From: Eledone cirrhosa
Lineage: Eukaryota
Direction of reading: 5' to 3'
NCBI GenBank assembly: GCA_964016885.1
Contig: OZ024742.1
Location: forward strand, 248,620,001-248,684,000
Length of the DNA: 64,000 nucleotides
The translations under genes were made by a program, and so were the position numbers. Under the pieces are notes generated by a model that was not told the DNA's origin, searched no databases, and was given only the letters and a program-made list of their open reading frames with translations. Shown in pieces: positions 49,596 to 63,207 of the stretch. Numbering within the stretch: the stretch's first letter is position 1; each line of letters starts with the position of its first letter.

Positions 49596-51440
49596 GTTCT
49601 TTGAGTCTCAGTCATTGATGTTATTTAACTGGAAAGCTTTTTGAAATGAATATCAAGCTTCTATCTGCAGCCTCAGATAATTTAACTGGAAAGCTTTTTG
49701 AAATGAATATCAAGCTTCTATCTGCAGCCTCAGATATTCAGGACGTATCGGAGGGTTCTTGCTGTTCCCAGCAAGCATGCATTTTGAAGTGTTCCAAAAA
49801 GCGGGGCTGGACTAAACCTATTTAATCATCCTTGGAAACTCTTTGAGATAGTACATAGTGCGCCTATGACAATCGGGACGACCTTGATTTCATGGCAGTT
49901 CCAAATCATTTTTACCTCCCACTTTAAGTCCAGGTATCGGTTAATTTTCTCCCTCTCATTTTCTGCCACTCTCGTGTCAAATGGGCAGGCTACATCTACA
50001 ATCACGATCATTTTTCCATGTCCAAAACCACCAGGTCAGGCCTATTGTATTCTAATTTCTTGTCCGTCAGTATACTAAAATCCCATAGCACCTTCACCTG
50101 ATCGTTTTCTATCACTGACTCTGGCTTATGCTCATACCACTTCTCAGAATGTGGTAAATAATTTACTTTGCATAGGTGCCAGTGGATCACCCTGCCTATC
50201 ATATCATGTCTCCATCCTTTATAGTGAGTATGGGCTAGGTGTTTACACTCGGATACAATGTGAGTCGCAGTTTCCTCTCTCTCTCCACAGATCCTACACA
50301 GTGGGATAGCCTCCTCCTTGTAAATATGGTGTTTCACCCACTTCGTTCTAAGGGCCTGCTCTTGCGAAGCCATTAGCATACCTTCTGTAGCTTTTTTAAG
50401 GTCTCCACTTTTTAACCAGTTCCATGTCTGTGGATCTCTAAATTCAGTTTTCTTAAAGAAGGTACTATGAAGGGATTTTTCATGAAGGTTGCTCTTCCTC
50501 CTTGTTGTTAATTCCTCCTTGGACATCCCCTGGTCTATTGTCTTCTCCTTCAGTACAATTTTGAGCATTGGCTCCCTACTGTCAGTCACGTATATGTGCA
50601 GGTTATTTTTCTCCATCTGAACACAGTCTTCTATGCTGATAAAACATCTTCCATCTTCAGATCTCTTTAAGTAGAGTATATCGACATCACTCCTCTTTTG
50701 GAACATGTCATAGATAGTCAATAGCTTCCTAGTCTTCCTATCCATTTTTTTTTGTTCAGCCACGTTCCATTTCAGAATTCCGGCACTGTACCTAATAATA
50801 GACACAGCTCGGGAATTCACTGCACTTATGACATTCCTACTATTTAGATGTTATGTTAATACTCTCCGTACTCTCCTTAATTACTCAGATCTTATCAATT
50901 ATTTCATTTTTTTTTGTTCTTGATATCATCTGCCTCCAGAACACCTAAATATTTGTATCCTTCTTCAGTGTCAATTTCCTTTATCATCTCACCTGTTGGT
51001 ACCTGGATTCGGTTGCTTCTGCTCAATTTACCCCTTTCATCACTAGGACTCCACACTTATTTATACCAAATTGCATACATATATCATTGCTGAAAATACG
51101 GACAATGTATAAATACGGACAAGTACATCCAACTCTTCTTTTCCCAATTTGTATCCTGCTCTCACTTTTCGCAATATAATGGTCAGAGGTATCAGAGCAA
51201 GGACAAACAGCAGAGGGGACAAACTATCTTCCTGGAAGATACCTCTCTTGAACTTCACGGCTCCCAAGGATTCTCCACCCGACGTTAACTCTGTTTCCCA
51301 GGACTTCATACCTTTGCTCATATCTGTCTGATATTATCTGCCACCTTGAAGATCTCTAGGCTTTTGGTTATCCAAGAATCAGGTGCCATGTCGAATGCCT
51401 TTTTGTAATCTATCCATCCCATGGCAAGACCAGTATGTCT
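49596..51440 (-). mobile_element. R4/Dong-type LINE (RT, CCHC, restriction-like endonuclease), 5'-truncated and decayed, in (TAA)n
   Basis: WIDYKKAFD, RGIFQEDSLSPLLF, YKYLGV, CRICGEREETATHIVSEC, RHD, VLWDF..NRPDLVV, IVDVACP..EKINRY; (ATT)n on both flanks; 57-bp tandem duplication 49623-49736. Confidence 0.88.
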
Positions 51441-51480
51441 CCTATTATTATTACTATTATTATTATTATTATTATTATTA

Positions 51481-51685
51481 AGGGGCGGTGGATTGGCAAT
51501 GGGCGGTGGATTGGCAGTATTGGTGGAGGGTCGGACGCCATGCTTTTCAGCATAGTTAAGTCCCTTTACGATCTGAGTTCAAATCCCGCCGAGGTTGACT
51601 TTGCCTTTCATCCTTACGGGGTCGATAAAATAAAGTACCAGTAATGCACTGGGTATTTGCTGGCCTTGTGCCTAAAGTAGAAACA

Positions 51686-51763
<78 letters not shown>

Positions 51764-51765
51764 TT
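51481..51765 (+). mobile_element. SINE family A with duplicated head and long (ATT)n tail
   Basis: gggcggtggattggca occurs twice (51483, 51501); full body; ~26 ATT units. Confidence 0.9.
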
Positions 51766-51767
51766 TA

Positions 51768-53038
51768 TTCGCGCCCGTCACCTACTACCGTCTGACCGTC
51801 GTGCCTTGTCCTAAGCCTCATCTGACTGCGCTGGAGCGTTTGTTCTTTCGCTTTTTGTGGAAGGGACGCACTCCGATGGTCAGGCGATCCATCTGTTATC
51901 AACACCGGCTACGTGGAGGGCTGGGCATGCCGTGGCTGATAATGCGCAGCCCTCCACGTGCTCTGGCCACGACATCTCCACCTCTTCCTCGACGGTGATC
52001 ATGTGTGGTCGCCGTTTACTAGACGCCGCTTTCCCCAGCTCGTCTCCTTGACGGAGCTGCAGTCCTGGGTCAAGCGAAGACCGAGCGGGAGCGCTTGGAG
52101 ACTGGAATGTCTTCAGGCGCTCACAGCCCTCGACCAGTCGGGCAATGTGGTTGGTGGAAATTCCAACTTGGCGTTCTATAGAGGATTAGTGGAGGGGAAG
52201 AGCGGCGACGTACTTGGGGAAACTCAAGGCGTCGACGAAAATCAACTAGCCAATCTCTTCGGAAGAACTTTCGGGCCGGGGTGTATGGACAATTTCCAGA
52301 TATCCCTGGCCTTGCAGTGCTACCGAGGAGCTTTGCTAGTTCGGGATAAACTCTACAGGCATGGAAGTGCCGTCAGCCGGGCATGTCCAAGATGCGCTCA
52401 GGGCGCCGAAACCGTCCTGCACGCACTCGTCCAGTGTCCGAGCATTGCTGACTTGTCGAACACCTGCTGTCGCGTGTAGAACAGATCCGGCTATCAGCTG
52501 AGTCCATCGTGAGGATTGCTCCACCCTCTTCCTTTAGCCGGGAAGGGCAGGCAGTCTTTATCTGTCTGGTGCCCATGGCGAAAGAGATAGTATGGTGGAC
52601 AGGTCTGAAAGGTCTGAAGACGAGCACTTACCTCTTTGGTGATGCACTCATTAACTGTTTCAAATTTCATTTGAAAAGGAAAGTCAGGGTAGAGAGGGAA
52701 GTGTTCTCTTCCCAGCATTTTGTTGAAAGATAGGTGAGAGAAGCAAGAATGGTCCTAGTGAATGGGCCTACTCTGAGTATGTGTCTGTAAATTAAAAGTG
52801 GAAAACTGGGAGAATGCACTGGCCCTGGTGTTCAGGGTCACTGTGGCCTTTTAATGGGCTTTCTCCACATATGTCCCTCGGAAGTCTCGCCCCCTATTGG
52901 GGAATTTTTAATTGTTATTTTTTTATTACATCCTCTGTTTTTTTTTGCACGCAGAAATGCCAATTTGTACCGTCCTGTATTGTCCTGTACTGTCCTTAAT
53001 ATCTACTTAATGTAAACCCTTGTGGTTAATAAAGAAAG

Positions 53039-53084
<46 letters not shown>
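51768..53084 (+). mobile_element. 5'-truncated Tx1-type LINE related to the 9259-13612 copy
   Basis: LERLFFRFLWKG..GGLGMP, CPRCAQGAETVLHALVQCP, 3' cccttgtggttaataaag + (ATT)n. Confidence 0.9.
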
Positions 53085-53086
<2 letters not shown>

Positions 53087-53320
53087 ATAAAGTACCAGTA
53101 ATGCACTGGGTATTTGCTGGCCTTGTGCCAAAAGTAGAAACAATTATTATTATTATTATTACCGGTGGATTGGCAGTATCGGTAGAGGGTCGGACGCCAT
53201 GCTTTCCAGCATAGTTATGTCCCTTTACGATCTGAGTTCAAATCCCGCTGGGTAATTGCTGGCCTTGTGCCTAAAGTAGAAACAATTATTATTATTATTA
53301 TTATTATTATTATTTTATTT
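53085..53320 (+). mobile_element. SINE-A 3' segment (putative TSD) plus an internally deleted SINE-A
   Basis: 53085-53143 repeats 51628-51686; 53162-53285 is a SINE lacking the core. Confidence 0.8.
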
Positions 53321-53818
53321 TTCATATCTTCATCAGTTCTTCCCAACATCACAATATCTCATTCTATCCAACATCATCTGAATTACTGTGATTTGTTATT
53401 TTCTAGAATGATCATTCTTGGTTGTATTTGTTATTAAATAATTTTCCTCTTCCTCTTTTTCTCTCTATATATCTCTCTCTATCTCTATCTCTTTCTCTAG
53501 ATATATATATATATATAACAAAAAAAAAAAAAATTCAGGAGGAAGGAGAGATAGACAGACAGATATATATATCCTTCCTCCTGATTTTTTTATTTTTTTG
53601 TTCATATCAACGTTAAAAGTTGTAATTGTTGAAGCTGCTGTTGTTTTTCTTGTTTTCGTACGGTCTCCTGTAATTTTCTTTATTCTTTGGCATCACTCTT
53701 TCATCTCCTATTGTGATAATGGCCCGGCTCCCCAGGAGCAAGCTATGGCAAGCTGTTTAATACTCAAATGGAATTATTATAAAAACAAATTATATTATTA
53801 AATTAAAATAAAATGAAA

Positions 53819-53899
<81 letters not shown>

Positions 53900-54429
53900 C
53901 ATATATATATATACGTATGCACACACACGCGCGTATATATATATTTATATATCTGTGTGTGTGTGCGTGTTTGTGTGTGCATGTGCATGTGCGTGTGTGT
54001 CTGTGTGTGTGTAATTGGGTTTGGGCGTGCGTGTACCATATCTAAAAGTAAATGAATAATTAATCTATTAGAAAAATTTGATACTGAAATGAAGAAAAAA
54101 ACGAAAGATTGAATGAACTAATAACTTATGAAGAATAGTGCCATTATAAATGTAGGGCTGCATGGTATCTTGGAGTTAATTTAACTTTCTCGAAGAATGG
54201 CTGTGTATGAATAATGGAAGGATGGACTGAGAAAAAAATTAACAAGATTGCAAATACTTTGGAACGCAGTGGGAATAATTAATACTTTTCAATGTATATA
54301 TATAAAAGCTGCATACACACATGAATATATACACACGCATATACATATATACATATATGCATACACACATACATATATGTATATGTGTGTGTATACAAAT
54401 ATGTACACAAGCATATATATTTATATATA

Positions 54430-56218
54430 ACAAAGAGGGTGTGGTAAGATACCTGGTGGACCATAACACACCAGAGTACTCAATACTTAGGGTAGTAGAG
54501 TGGGTAATAGAGCAAGAGTCAGGACCCCGACGGCTGAGCTCCGGCCATTTCGACAGTTATATCCGAACTAAGCCACTAGTATTGCAACAGCGGGAATCTA
54601 GCTTAACTTATCAAGGGGTACAGTCCGTATATAGGCATACATTCAAATAAAAAAAGAAAAAAAGATCTAAGCAACACCGCTACCACGATATCGTCAATAG
54701 AAACACTGTTAAACTTTCATACATCACTACATATAACTTTGCACAAAACTTTGCTTCATCTAACAAAAAAAAAAAAAAATCCTCTCAAGCAGAAACATGA
54801 ATGATATTAGAGGTGAACAAATTGGGAGTTGCAATTGTCTGGATAGATCATTGTACCCCCTCAACAACAGATGCCGCGAACGAAACGTTGTCTACCAGAG
54901 CAACGTCAGGACTGAACACCCCAACAAGGCCTATTTTGGATTAACCGCCTGTGAGTTTAAGACCCGGTATTACCAACTCCAACATTCATTTAGAAACCCG
55001 GCCCATCGACACGCCACAGCACTCTCTGGCTATATTTGGGACCTCCATCTAAGTTGGTGCCTATTTTCCAAGGCAAAATCTTACTCGGGAGGACGCCGTC
55101 CGTACCATTTATACTCGGATGAAACGATCCAGATGTTGTTTGCAAAGGGCCAATTGTTAAACAAAAAGGATGACCTCGTTACCTCGTGTAAACACAGAAT
55201 ATATAAGACATATGTTACCTTGAGATGCAGGTGGGTAGATCTCGGCTTTATTTCCTTCCCAGTTACAAACTATGAGAGAGGAAACCCCAAGCATACTTGG
55301 TTAGAATTAGAATATTTTCTTTGTTCTTTACACTTCCAAAATACACTTAGGTTGTATTTGTATAATTACAGTGTAATTATACAAATACAACCTAAGTGTA
55401 ATTATTACACTATGTAAGCAGTTCCAAATATTGCTTAGGCAAACCAGAAGTATTTTCACCCTTGTTAAAATATACATACAGTCCTATGGAACCGGCCGAA
55501 CAGATAGCTATGACACCTTACTCGACTAACGGTGGATTTGTTTTTGTTGATAAGAAAGAAAAAACAAATAAATTAGTGTAAGAGGCGCCCTTCCTGTGCC
55601 TCAGAGTAATTGATAACTAGATTTCTTTATCAGGAACTGAATTAGTAATAAAATAGATATGCTTTGCTTTTAGCCAAGTGTAAGATTAGGCAAACTTAAC
55701 TTAAACACTCTACGCTAACTTCTTTAATTCTTACACGCTGAAATTATATCCTTTCTCTCGTTTTTTTTTTTTTTTTTTTATTTTTCTTATCATCCTTTGA
55801 ATTGAAGTTTAACGTTTCTATAGATTAAATATAGTTGCATGGGATTAAACCTCTCTTAATACCGTACGTGCACGCCTGACTGGATTGACATCCTCAGGTC
55901 AGGCTGCATTCTTACCCTTTCCCCAATGTTTATCTTGCCCGTTTAGCACCCCGCCACGATGAAGGTATTTAACTATGTACACGACATCGCAGATCAGTGA
56001 CCTCTCCCTGTGTCAGACAAGAAAAACAACAAACTTTACGGGTGTTTTGCGTAGATTTTTTTGCTTTTTTCTTTTGCTTTGACTGCATGCCCATATATGG
56101 ACTGTACCCTTTGATACGTTCAGCTAAATCCCCGCCGTTCTTATACTGGTGGCTTAGTTCGGATATAATTGCCGAAACGGCCAGCGCTCAGCCGTCGGTG
56201 TCCTGTCTCTTCTCCAAT
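54430..56218 (+). mobile_element. 5'-truncated Naiad-type Penelope remnant with an inverted terminal segment at its 5' end
   Basis: CNCLDRSLYPLNNRCRERNVVY, YFGLTACEFKTRY, HATALSGYIW, TSCKH; 54505-54637 is the diverged reverse complement of 56088-56215. Confidence 0.8.
55342..55400. repeat. Perfect palindrome, 29-bp arms, 1-nt spacer
   Basis: tacacttaggttgtatttgtataattaca|g|tgtaattatacaaatacaacctaagtgta. Confidence 0.95.
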
Positions 56219-56239
56219 GAATATATATATATATATATG

Positions 56240-57642
56240 CTCTCACACTATCCACACACCCTACTACCACCACTAAACCTCACCCACACATCCACTCAGA
56301 CCACCCCACAACTAACATCACTAACCTCCCCCCGACCCCACGCACACGAACACACACCATCACACACACACACACCCATACCTATGTACACCACCCACTC
56401 CACACACCCAACCACCACTAACCCACACTTACACACCCGGTTTCCACCCTGTCCCCACCACATGTTATACTAACACCCACTAACACCACCTTTACCACAC
56501 ACACACTGATCCAAACACGCGCACACACACGAGTACACTACACTCCCTCCTCCGACCCCAAAACCTCGTCTCTCCCTCACCCCGCTCCACCTACACCTCT
56601 TCATGCACACACACATCCCACTAACACCTCTACTAATATACAACCCATCGCCCCACTTAACCACCTTCCCTCTCCACACTTCACACCTACCCATCCTCTC
56701 CCCTGTCCACCATACCTCCGCACACACACACACACACACACACACAGTCCTCACCACACATACCTCACTCCACCTCTCCACCCACCCTACTGCTATCTCT
56801 TCATCCCGCTCTACTGCTATCTCTTCATCCTGCTCTACTGTAATCTCTTCACCCTGTCTTGACCCTCTGACCACTTCCTGTTGGGCGAGCACCCCACTTC
56901 CCTCCACTTCCGACCACCGCCAACATTGGATTCTATACCATCGGTCATCTCTCCAGCCATCCACTCCATAACATGAAAAATATCCAGCAACTCTCCATAC
57001 ATCCGACGGAACTACCTCAGGACATAACCCACGAACATTCACTCACATTTTTTTTCGCACCACGCCACCCACATCCACACCACATATAAACACAAACACA
57101 CACGTGCGTACCCCCACATATACACACTCAACCTCCGGAATCCGCACGCCACCTCCCCCATCCACTGACCACTCTCCTTCCGCACGCACGCACACACCGA
57201 CTTACACCCGACCCCACACGCACACCTTTTCCTGAACTTGAAAACTCGTTCTTCCGCAAACTCTCACATATACATGCACACACACTCACGTACACCTACA
57301 CACATACACAAACATCACCTTCAGCCTTCCCCGCTTCGACTCCCCGCCTCCCTCTTCCAACTCCACCCGCCACCACCCTTACACGCCTCACACCATTCCA
57401 CCACTTTTGTCTTATTGTTGATTCTTATGTTTATTTTTACGTTTATTTTTATTTTTATTTGTTCTCCTTCCCCCTTTTTTTCCTAAACTATTTCCACACA
57501 CCCTCTGAACTCTCTTCCTAACCTATTCACCCCTGAAGAAGGGCTCATTCCCGAAACGCCCCCCCCCGCCCCACACTCTCAAATGCGTGAACCTAATAAA
57601 CCTTTATTTGTCTGCCTCTCTGTTTTGTTCCCGTATAAATTT

Positions 57643-57648
<6 letters not shown>
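56240..57648 (+). mobile_element. C/A-rich 3' region of a Penelope-like element between (TA)n tracts
   Basis: Strong C/A strand skew, 3 x 24-bp tandem at 56787-56858, minimal hammerhead-like core, then AATAAA and (TA)n. Confidence 0.6.
57533..57557 (+). ncRNA. Minimal hammerhead ribozyme-like core
   Basis: CTGAAGA-a-ggg-ctcatt-ccc-GAAAC; spacing typical of Penelope-associated minimal hammerheads. Confidence 0.6.
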
Positions 57649-57699
<51 letters not shown>

Positions 57700-57899
57700 A
57701 AAATAACGGAGCAAAGTACTCGCGTATAATCTGTAATTAAATGAGCTCAAAGGAAATAGTTTTCCTGGGCACTTTAAATACAATATATAGAGTGGAAAGA
57801 CACAGAAGAGTGTGTTTTTCATTACAGGAGTTTCAAACCACCAGCGTGAAGAGAATATAAGCTACTAGAGGCATTGATAAAACATTAAAATTAAAAGTA

Positions 57900-58790
57900 T
57901 GAATATATATATACAAAAAGATCTGCAAATAGTATCTGATAAATACACATGCTACATACGACTAGAAGAATTAAAGAACACACTTATTAGCAGGAATTAC
58001 CCATCATCCCCAATCAACAATGGATTCCAATGTGCTCTAAAACTTAGGCACCCCAAACCAAGGAACGAATCAAAACTGAAAGCTCTACCATACATCTCCA
58101 TACCCAACCCCCTTAACAGTGTGACATTCGAGACCATCCTCCAGAACATACCCTTACTAAAAAGAGAACTAAGATTGAATTAAATCCTCCAAACGCACAA
58201 TATGAGAAAGAGCAAAGGACAATCCAAATCAATAAAAAACATCGTTACACAGGCCAAAGTCCAGACGACCCCCATAATGAACCCTACAGTAAAAAAATGC
58301 GGAAGACCCAACAGTGGTGTATGTACCAATCTAATAGAAGGGATCGGAGTTCCACTTCAAACAAGGACAACAGTTTACAGTTAAACACAATTGCACATGT
58401 GCATCCGAAAACCTGATCTATGTATTGATCTGCTCAGGTTGTCGAAAGCACTACATAGGACAGACCAAAAACAGCATCAGACAACGTATATGTGTGTGAC
58501 AGCTATGCAGGTTTAGCTGGCTTCCTCCAAGGTATATCTCGTTGGATGTGTCTTGGGACGTACGACCGTCCATAGATCCCAAATCAAAATACGGCAATAC
58601 AGAAAGATAGCACTGAGTGAATATATCACGACCTGCGCATATAATGAACAACCCAATTTTAGAATTTTTTCACTCTACAACTTTAAAGACAACACCTCCT
58701 AAATCCAGCGCATTGGTAAGGAATCAAAATATATCGCCAAATACGAACCCCTTCTAAATGTTTCCACTTCGGACTAAACTAAAGCTGACA
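57900..58790 (+). mobile_element. Decayed Neptune-type Penelope fragment (RT C-terminus, Cys linker, GIY-YIG)
   Basis: RLEELKNTLISRNYP, LPYIS, KKCGRPNSGVC, CTCASENLIYVLICSGCRKHYIGQTKNSIRQRI. Confidence 0.85.
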
Positions 58791-58993
58791 CACTTTAAAC
58801 TTTACACCCTAGACAAATTAACCCTTAAGCAATGTATCCTTCTCCAAGATTCCAGCAACCTGTGACAACTATATAATGCAAACCAAGCAACCACATAGAA
58901 ACTCCAAAATCAACTAGCCCTGGAGGACTACGAAGATAATCGGATAAATGGAAGCATTCAGGTGTCAAACTAAGTGCTTTATATTCCGCTGAA

Positions 58994-59352
58994 TCTGGAA
59001 GTTTCTGCTGAAGATAGAATGGGCATTCCAATGGCTCTGAACCCCTTTTTGTGGCAACATTTTCTCCATTCTCCTAAATCTGAAATTTCTGCTAAGGATG
59101 GAATTAGTATTCCAATAACTCTGAATCTTCTTTGTGGCCCAAAAAAACAAGGTCAATACTGATGTTTTCTTCTAAGAAAACATACCAAGATAGATGTTTT
59201 TAGAAACAATCAACCCCGCCACCCTGAAATGTCTGCTAGTGATGGAATTAGTAACTCAATAACTCTTAATCTCCTTTGTGGTAAAATAAACAAGGTCAAT
59301 GTTGATGATTTCTTCTAAGAAAAAATACCATATTTTTAGAAGCAATCAACCC
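58994..59352. repeat. Degenerate tandem repeat: two ~140-bp units plus a partial third
   Basis: ctg.aa.t.tctgct...gat.gaat..g.a.t.caat..ctct.aa at ~58996, 59080 and 59224. Confidence 0.75.
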
Positions 59353-60529
59353 TCAAACCCTATCCCCCCCCTCGGTCAACTCTAAGGCCACCCGGCCTTT
59401 CAAACCAGTCCCAACTGGAATTGCATCCACTCCTCAAAGGGCTTCTCACGACAGCCAGCCTATACTCCTCCTTCCTCTTTTCCTCTTTCCACCTCCTACT
59501 ACCTCTCACAACCAAGCTATAAGCAGAGTAGGATGAACAGAGAAATGACCCCTCTTCTCTGAATGAACATGCATGTGAAATTTACAACTTCCAGACATCT
59601 AGTCTGGAGTTCTTCAATTACCGTAGAATCACAAATTTCTAACTTAAAAAAATACTATAATGTTATTTGTTTTAAAAAATGGCGACTTCGGGATGATAGA
59701 ACCGCGATGCCCGAGGAAAGAATCTGATTGTAACGAAGTATGAGAACTTCCATTCTTTGACATATCACTTCTAATGTATTGTTACTTAATTATATTACGA
59801 TTATTTTATGAAGTCAATGCTGTGAAGTTGATTTCTTTAACGTCGTTGTCGGTATTATTATTTCCTCTTTATAACAACAATTTCCACACTTTAACTCCAC
59901 CTGGAGCATTATTTGTGCTGTTTCTCAAATTATCTAAACAATCTTAGAAGATTCTATTAATCGGCAAACCAATCGATGAGTCTTAGCTAAAATCTTCCAT
60001 ACACAGAAATAGGAAATTCCACATTATATATCACAGTGTTATTCTTAATGACTCGGGTTAATTCTAATCGAACACAGTCAGTTAAGTGATAATACACTTA
60101 ATTTTGAGTGGAAGAATTACCACCATTATATAGTCTGGTTCTTCTGACGATTTCTATTCTCTTGAAGTCATTCTAGCTTTGTATCCCGTTTAAAAACACT
60201 TTTCTCACTCTCTCTCTCTCTTACCTGATTGATAGGACTTGAAAATGGTTATAACCATTTCATTTACAACCCCGTGTAACGTGTAATAATGAACGGAATC
60301 ACAACTCCACATGTTTCACGTGTAACATTCATTAATTGGTAAACATTAATGCTTGTTCCATCTTCAGTACTGTTACTGTAGAATTATTTATCAGATTTAC
60401 CTCCCATACTTCTATGTAGGTGCAATCTTTGGAGATATCTACACGAACAGTAAACCTCATGAAGATGTTCCCTTTTCTCAACAATATCATATATACTAAA
60501 TAACACAATGGTATATCAATAGTATAAAA

Positions 60530-60569
<40 letters not shown>

Positions 60570-60774
60570 AACAACAACAAGGATGAATATGGGGCATTTA
60601 AGCTCGAAATATTTAAAAGAGAGAAATTATTGAGTTATCAATCTGTTGATAAAGTGATTTCGTGCACGAATCCTACATTTATATACGTATACATATATAA
60701 ATACGCTTATAAAAACACATCGGTATATATATATATATAAATATATGTATGTGTATGTATATATCTATATACAC

Positions 60775-60819
<45 letters not shown>

Positions 60820-60991
60820 CGTGTATGGGTGGGGGTGGGGTGACTGCGTGATTGCCTGTGCGAGTGCAAATATTATAAGTCTTATGTTTGCTACAAACAC
60901 ATAACATACACATATCTTTATATACGTATAACTTATATATATATATATATATGCGCATACATATACAAATACGGTCATAAACACACACCCG

Positions 60992-61138
<147 letters not shown>

Positions 61139-61700
61139 ATTTGGCACCGCTTACCATTTAACGCATGTGTATTTGCCAAAGCGAATGTCAAATAAAAAAA
61201 GAATGATTGCCATATTGTGTTAAAACAAATAAATGAAAAATAAGTATATAATAATAAATAAATAAAATATACGCCAAACATTTATCAACAAAAATACACC
61301 AAAAACAAACAAAACTATCCAACAATAAAAACATAACTTAAAACAAAAATAGACACACAACAACAGGAAAAAAAAAACACGAGAACAAACCTCTTAACGA
61401 TAGACATATATAGAAGATTCTTCTTCTTGATGTTGGCATTTTTCCTAATGATTTGTAGCACTCTCTTTCATATGCTGTCTGTGAAATTTCGGTGAAGTTT
61501 GGAAATCTATCTGATTTATTAGCAAGAGGGATTGGCTAACTTCTTCTTCTTCTGTCGTTCACTCCTGGATCAGTGAGGTTTGTTTGCGTGTCAGAAAAAA
61601 AGAAAGTAAAAAGAAGAAACTCTGCTATGAATATATTTGCATATTTACATAATTATACGAACACATATATATATATACACATACATATATATATATGTTA

Positions 61701-61913
<213 letters not shown>

Positions 61914-61921
61914 AGATAAAT

Positions 61922-62015
61922 AGATAGATTTCTTTATTAGCCACAAGGGCGCAACAAGAAAGGGGACAATACAAAGACATGCCGGGGATTTTACATACAG
62001 TCGTGTAAAAAAATA
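61922..62015 (-). mobile_element. Extreme 3' end of the Tx1-type LINE with an (ATCT)n tail
   Basis: Minus strand tgtctttgtattgtcccct..gcccttgtggctaataaagaaat matches 13544-13594; (GATA)n on both sides. Confidence 0.8.
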
Positions 62016-62299
62016 GATAGATAGATAGATAGCTATACACATACATAATATATACATGCATACACACATATATACATACACACACATACATACATATATA
62101 TATATACATATACATGTGTGTGTGTGTATATATATATAATATATATATATATTCACACGTGTTGCACATTCTCATGTGCACAAGAATAACGATCTTTTAT
62201 TTATACCAATGAATGATTTTTAACCATTCAACAAGATGCCATTCTTACTGCAAGAAACAGTACTGCAGAGTTTTTTCCAGCAATACAATCAAACCTTGA

Positions 62300-62354
<55 letters not shown>

Positions 62355-62356
<2 letters not shown>

Positions 62357-62558
62357 ACGAAGGAAATGTGGTAAGGAACCAGATGGACCATAACGCACCA
62401 AAGTACTCAATACTTAGGGTAGTAGAGTGGGTAATAGGAACGAGTAGGAACCCGACGGCTGAGCTCAAGCCGTCTGGACGGCTAATACCGGACTAGAATT
62501 AGTCCAGAATTAACCGTCGAAACGGCTTGAGCTCAGCCGTCGGGATCCTACTCGTTCC

Positions 62559-62560
<2 letters not shown>
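62355..62560. mobile_element. Fold-back mini-element of the 54430/56088 Naiad terminal family between (TA)n tracts
   Basis: 62435-62497 is the imperfect reverse complement of 62500-62560; 62360-62490 aligns with 54435-54570; a smaller piece lies at 21212-21262. Confidence 0.85.
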
Positions 62561-62597
<37 letters not shown>

Positions 62598-62599
62598 GA

Positions 62600-62759
62600 A
62601 TTATAAGAATCAAAGAACTGTTCAAAACATTTTTATACTTACAACTGTTTCCTCCAAACCGAGGTTTGGATTCTTTGGAGCAATTTATTATTGAATCAAC
62701 ACTTATATGAAAACCATTGCTAAATAAACCAATTCAAAAGTTTGAGAATATCTAAGAAT

Positions 62760-62799
<40 letters not shown>

Positions 62800-62850
62800 A
62801 TTCTTAGATATTCTCAAACTTTTGATTGGTTTATTTAGCAATTATTTTCA
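62600..62850. repeat. Penelope-terminal fragment plus ~55-bp inverted arms centred on a (TA)n tract
   Basis: acaactgtttcctccaaaccgag..ggagcaa matches the reverse complement of ~26116-26160; 62708-62762 / 62797-62850 are inverted around (TA)n. Confidence 0.75.
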
Positions 62851-63207
62851 CACTAAACAGTGAAAAGCATTAGAATTACAGGGAGTTGAAACAGTTCAAC
62901 ATATTAATTCCTTACAGACGAAATTTAATAATGAAGGCAAACTGAGGTTTGTCTGAAACGTATGTGGTAACACATGGTCTACGACAAGGTATAGCGTTGA
63001 GTCCACAGTTATTTTTAGGAATGAACCGATCGTATGCAAATTCGTTCATTGCCGATTACTGATAAAATGGCCACTGTCGTTTAGTCTACCAAAATATTTC
63101 TCCGAATTAATTATGTTTTTTAATATAAATAATTGTATTACATTTCATTGTTTGTAATATATATCTTCATAATTAGTTACCATTATATAACTGTTATATA
63201 ATGGATT

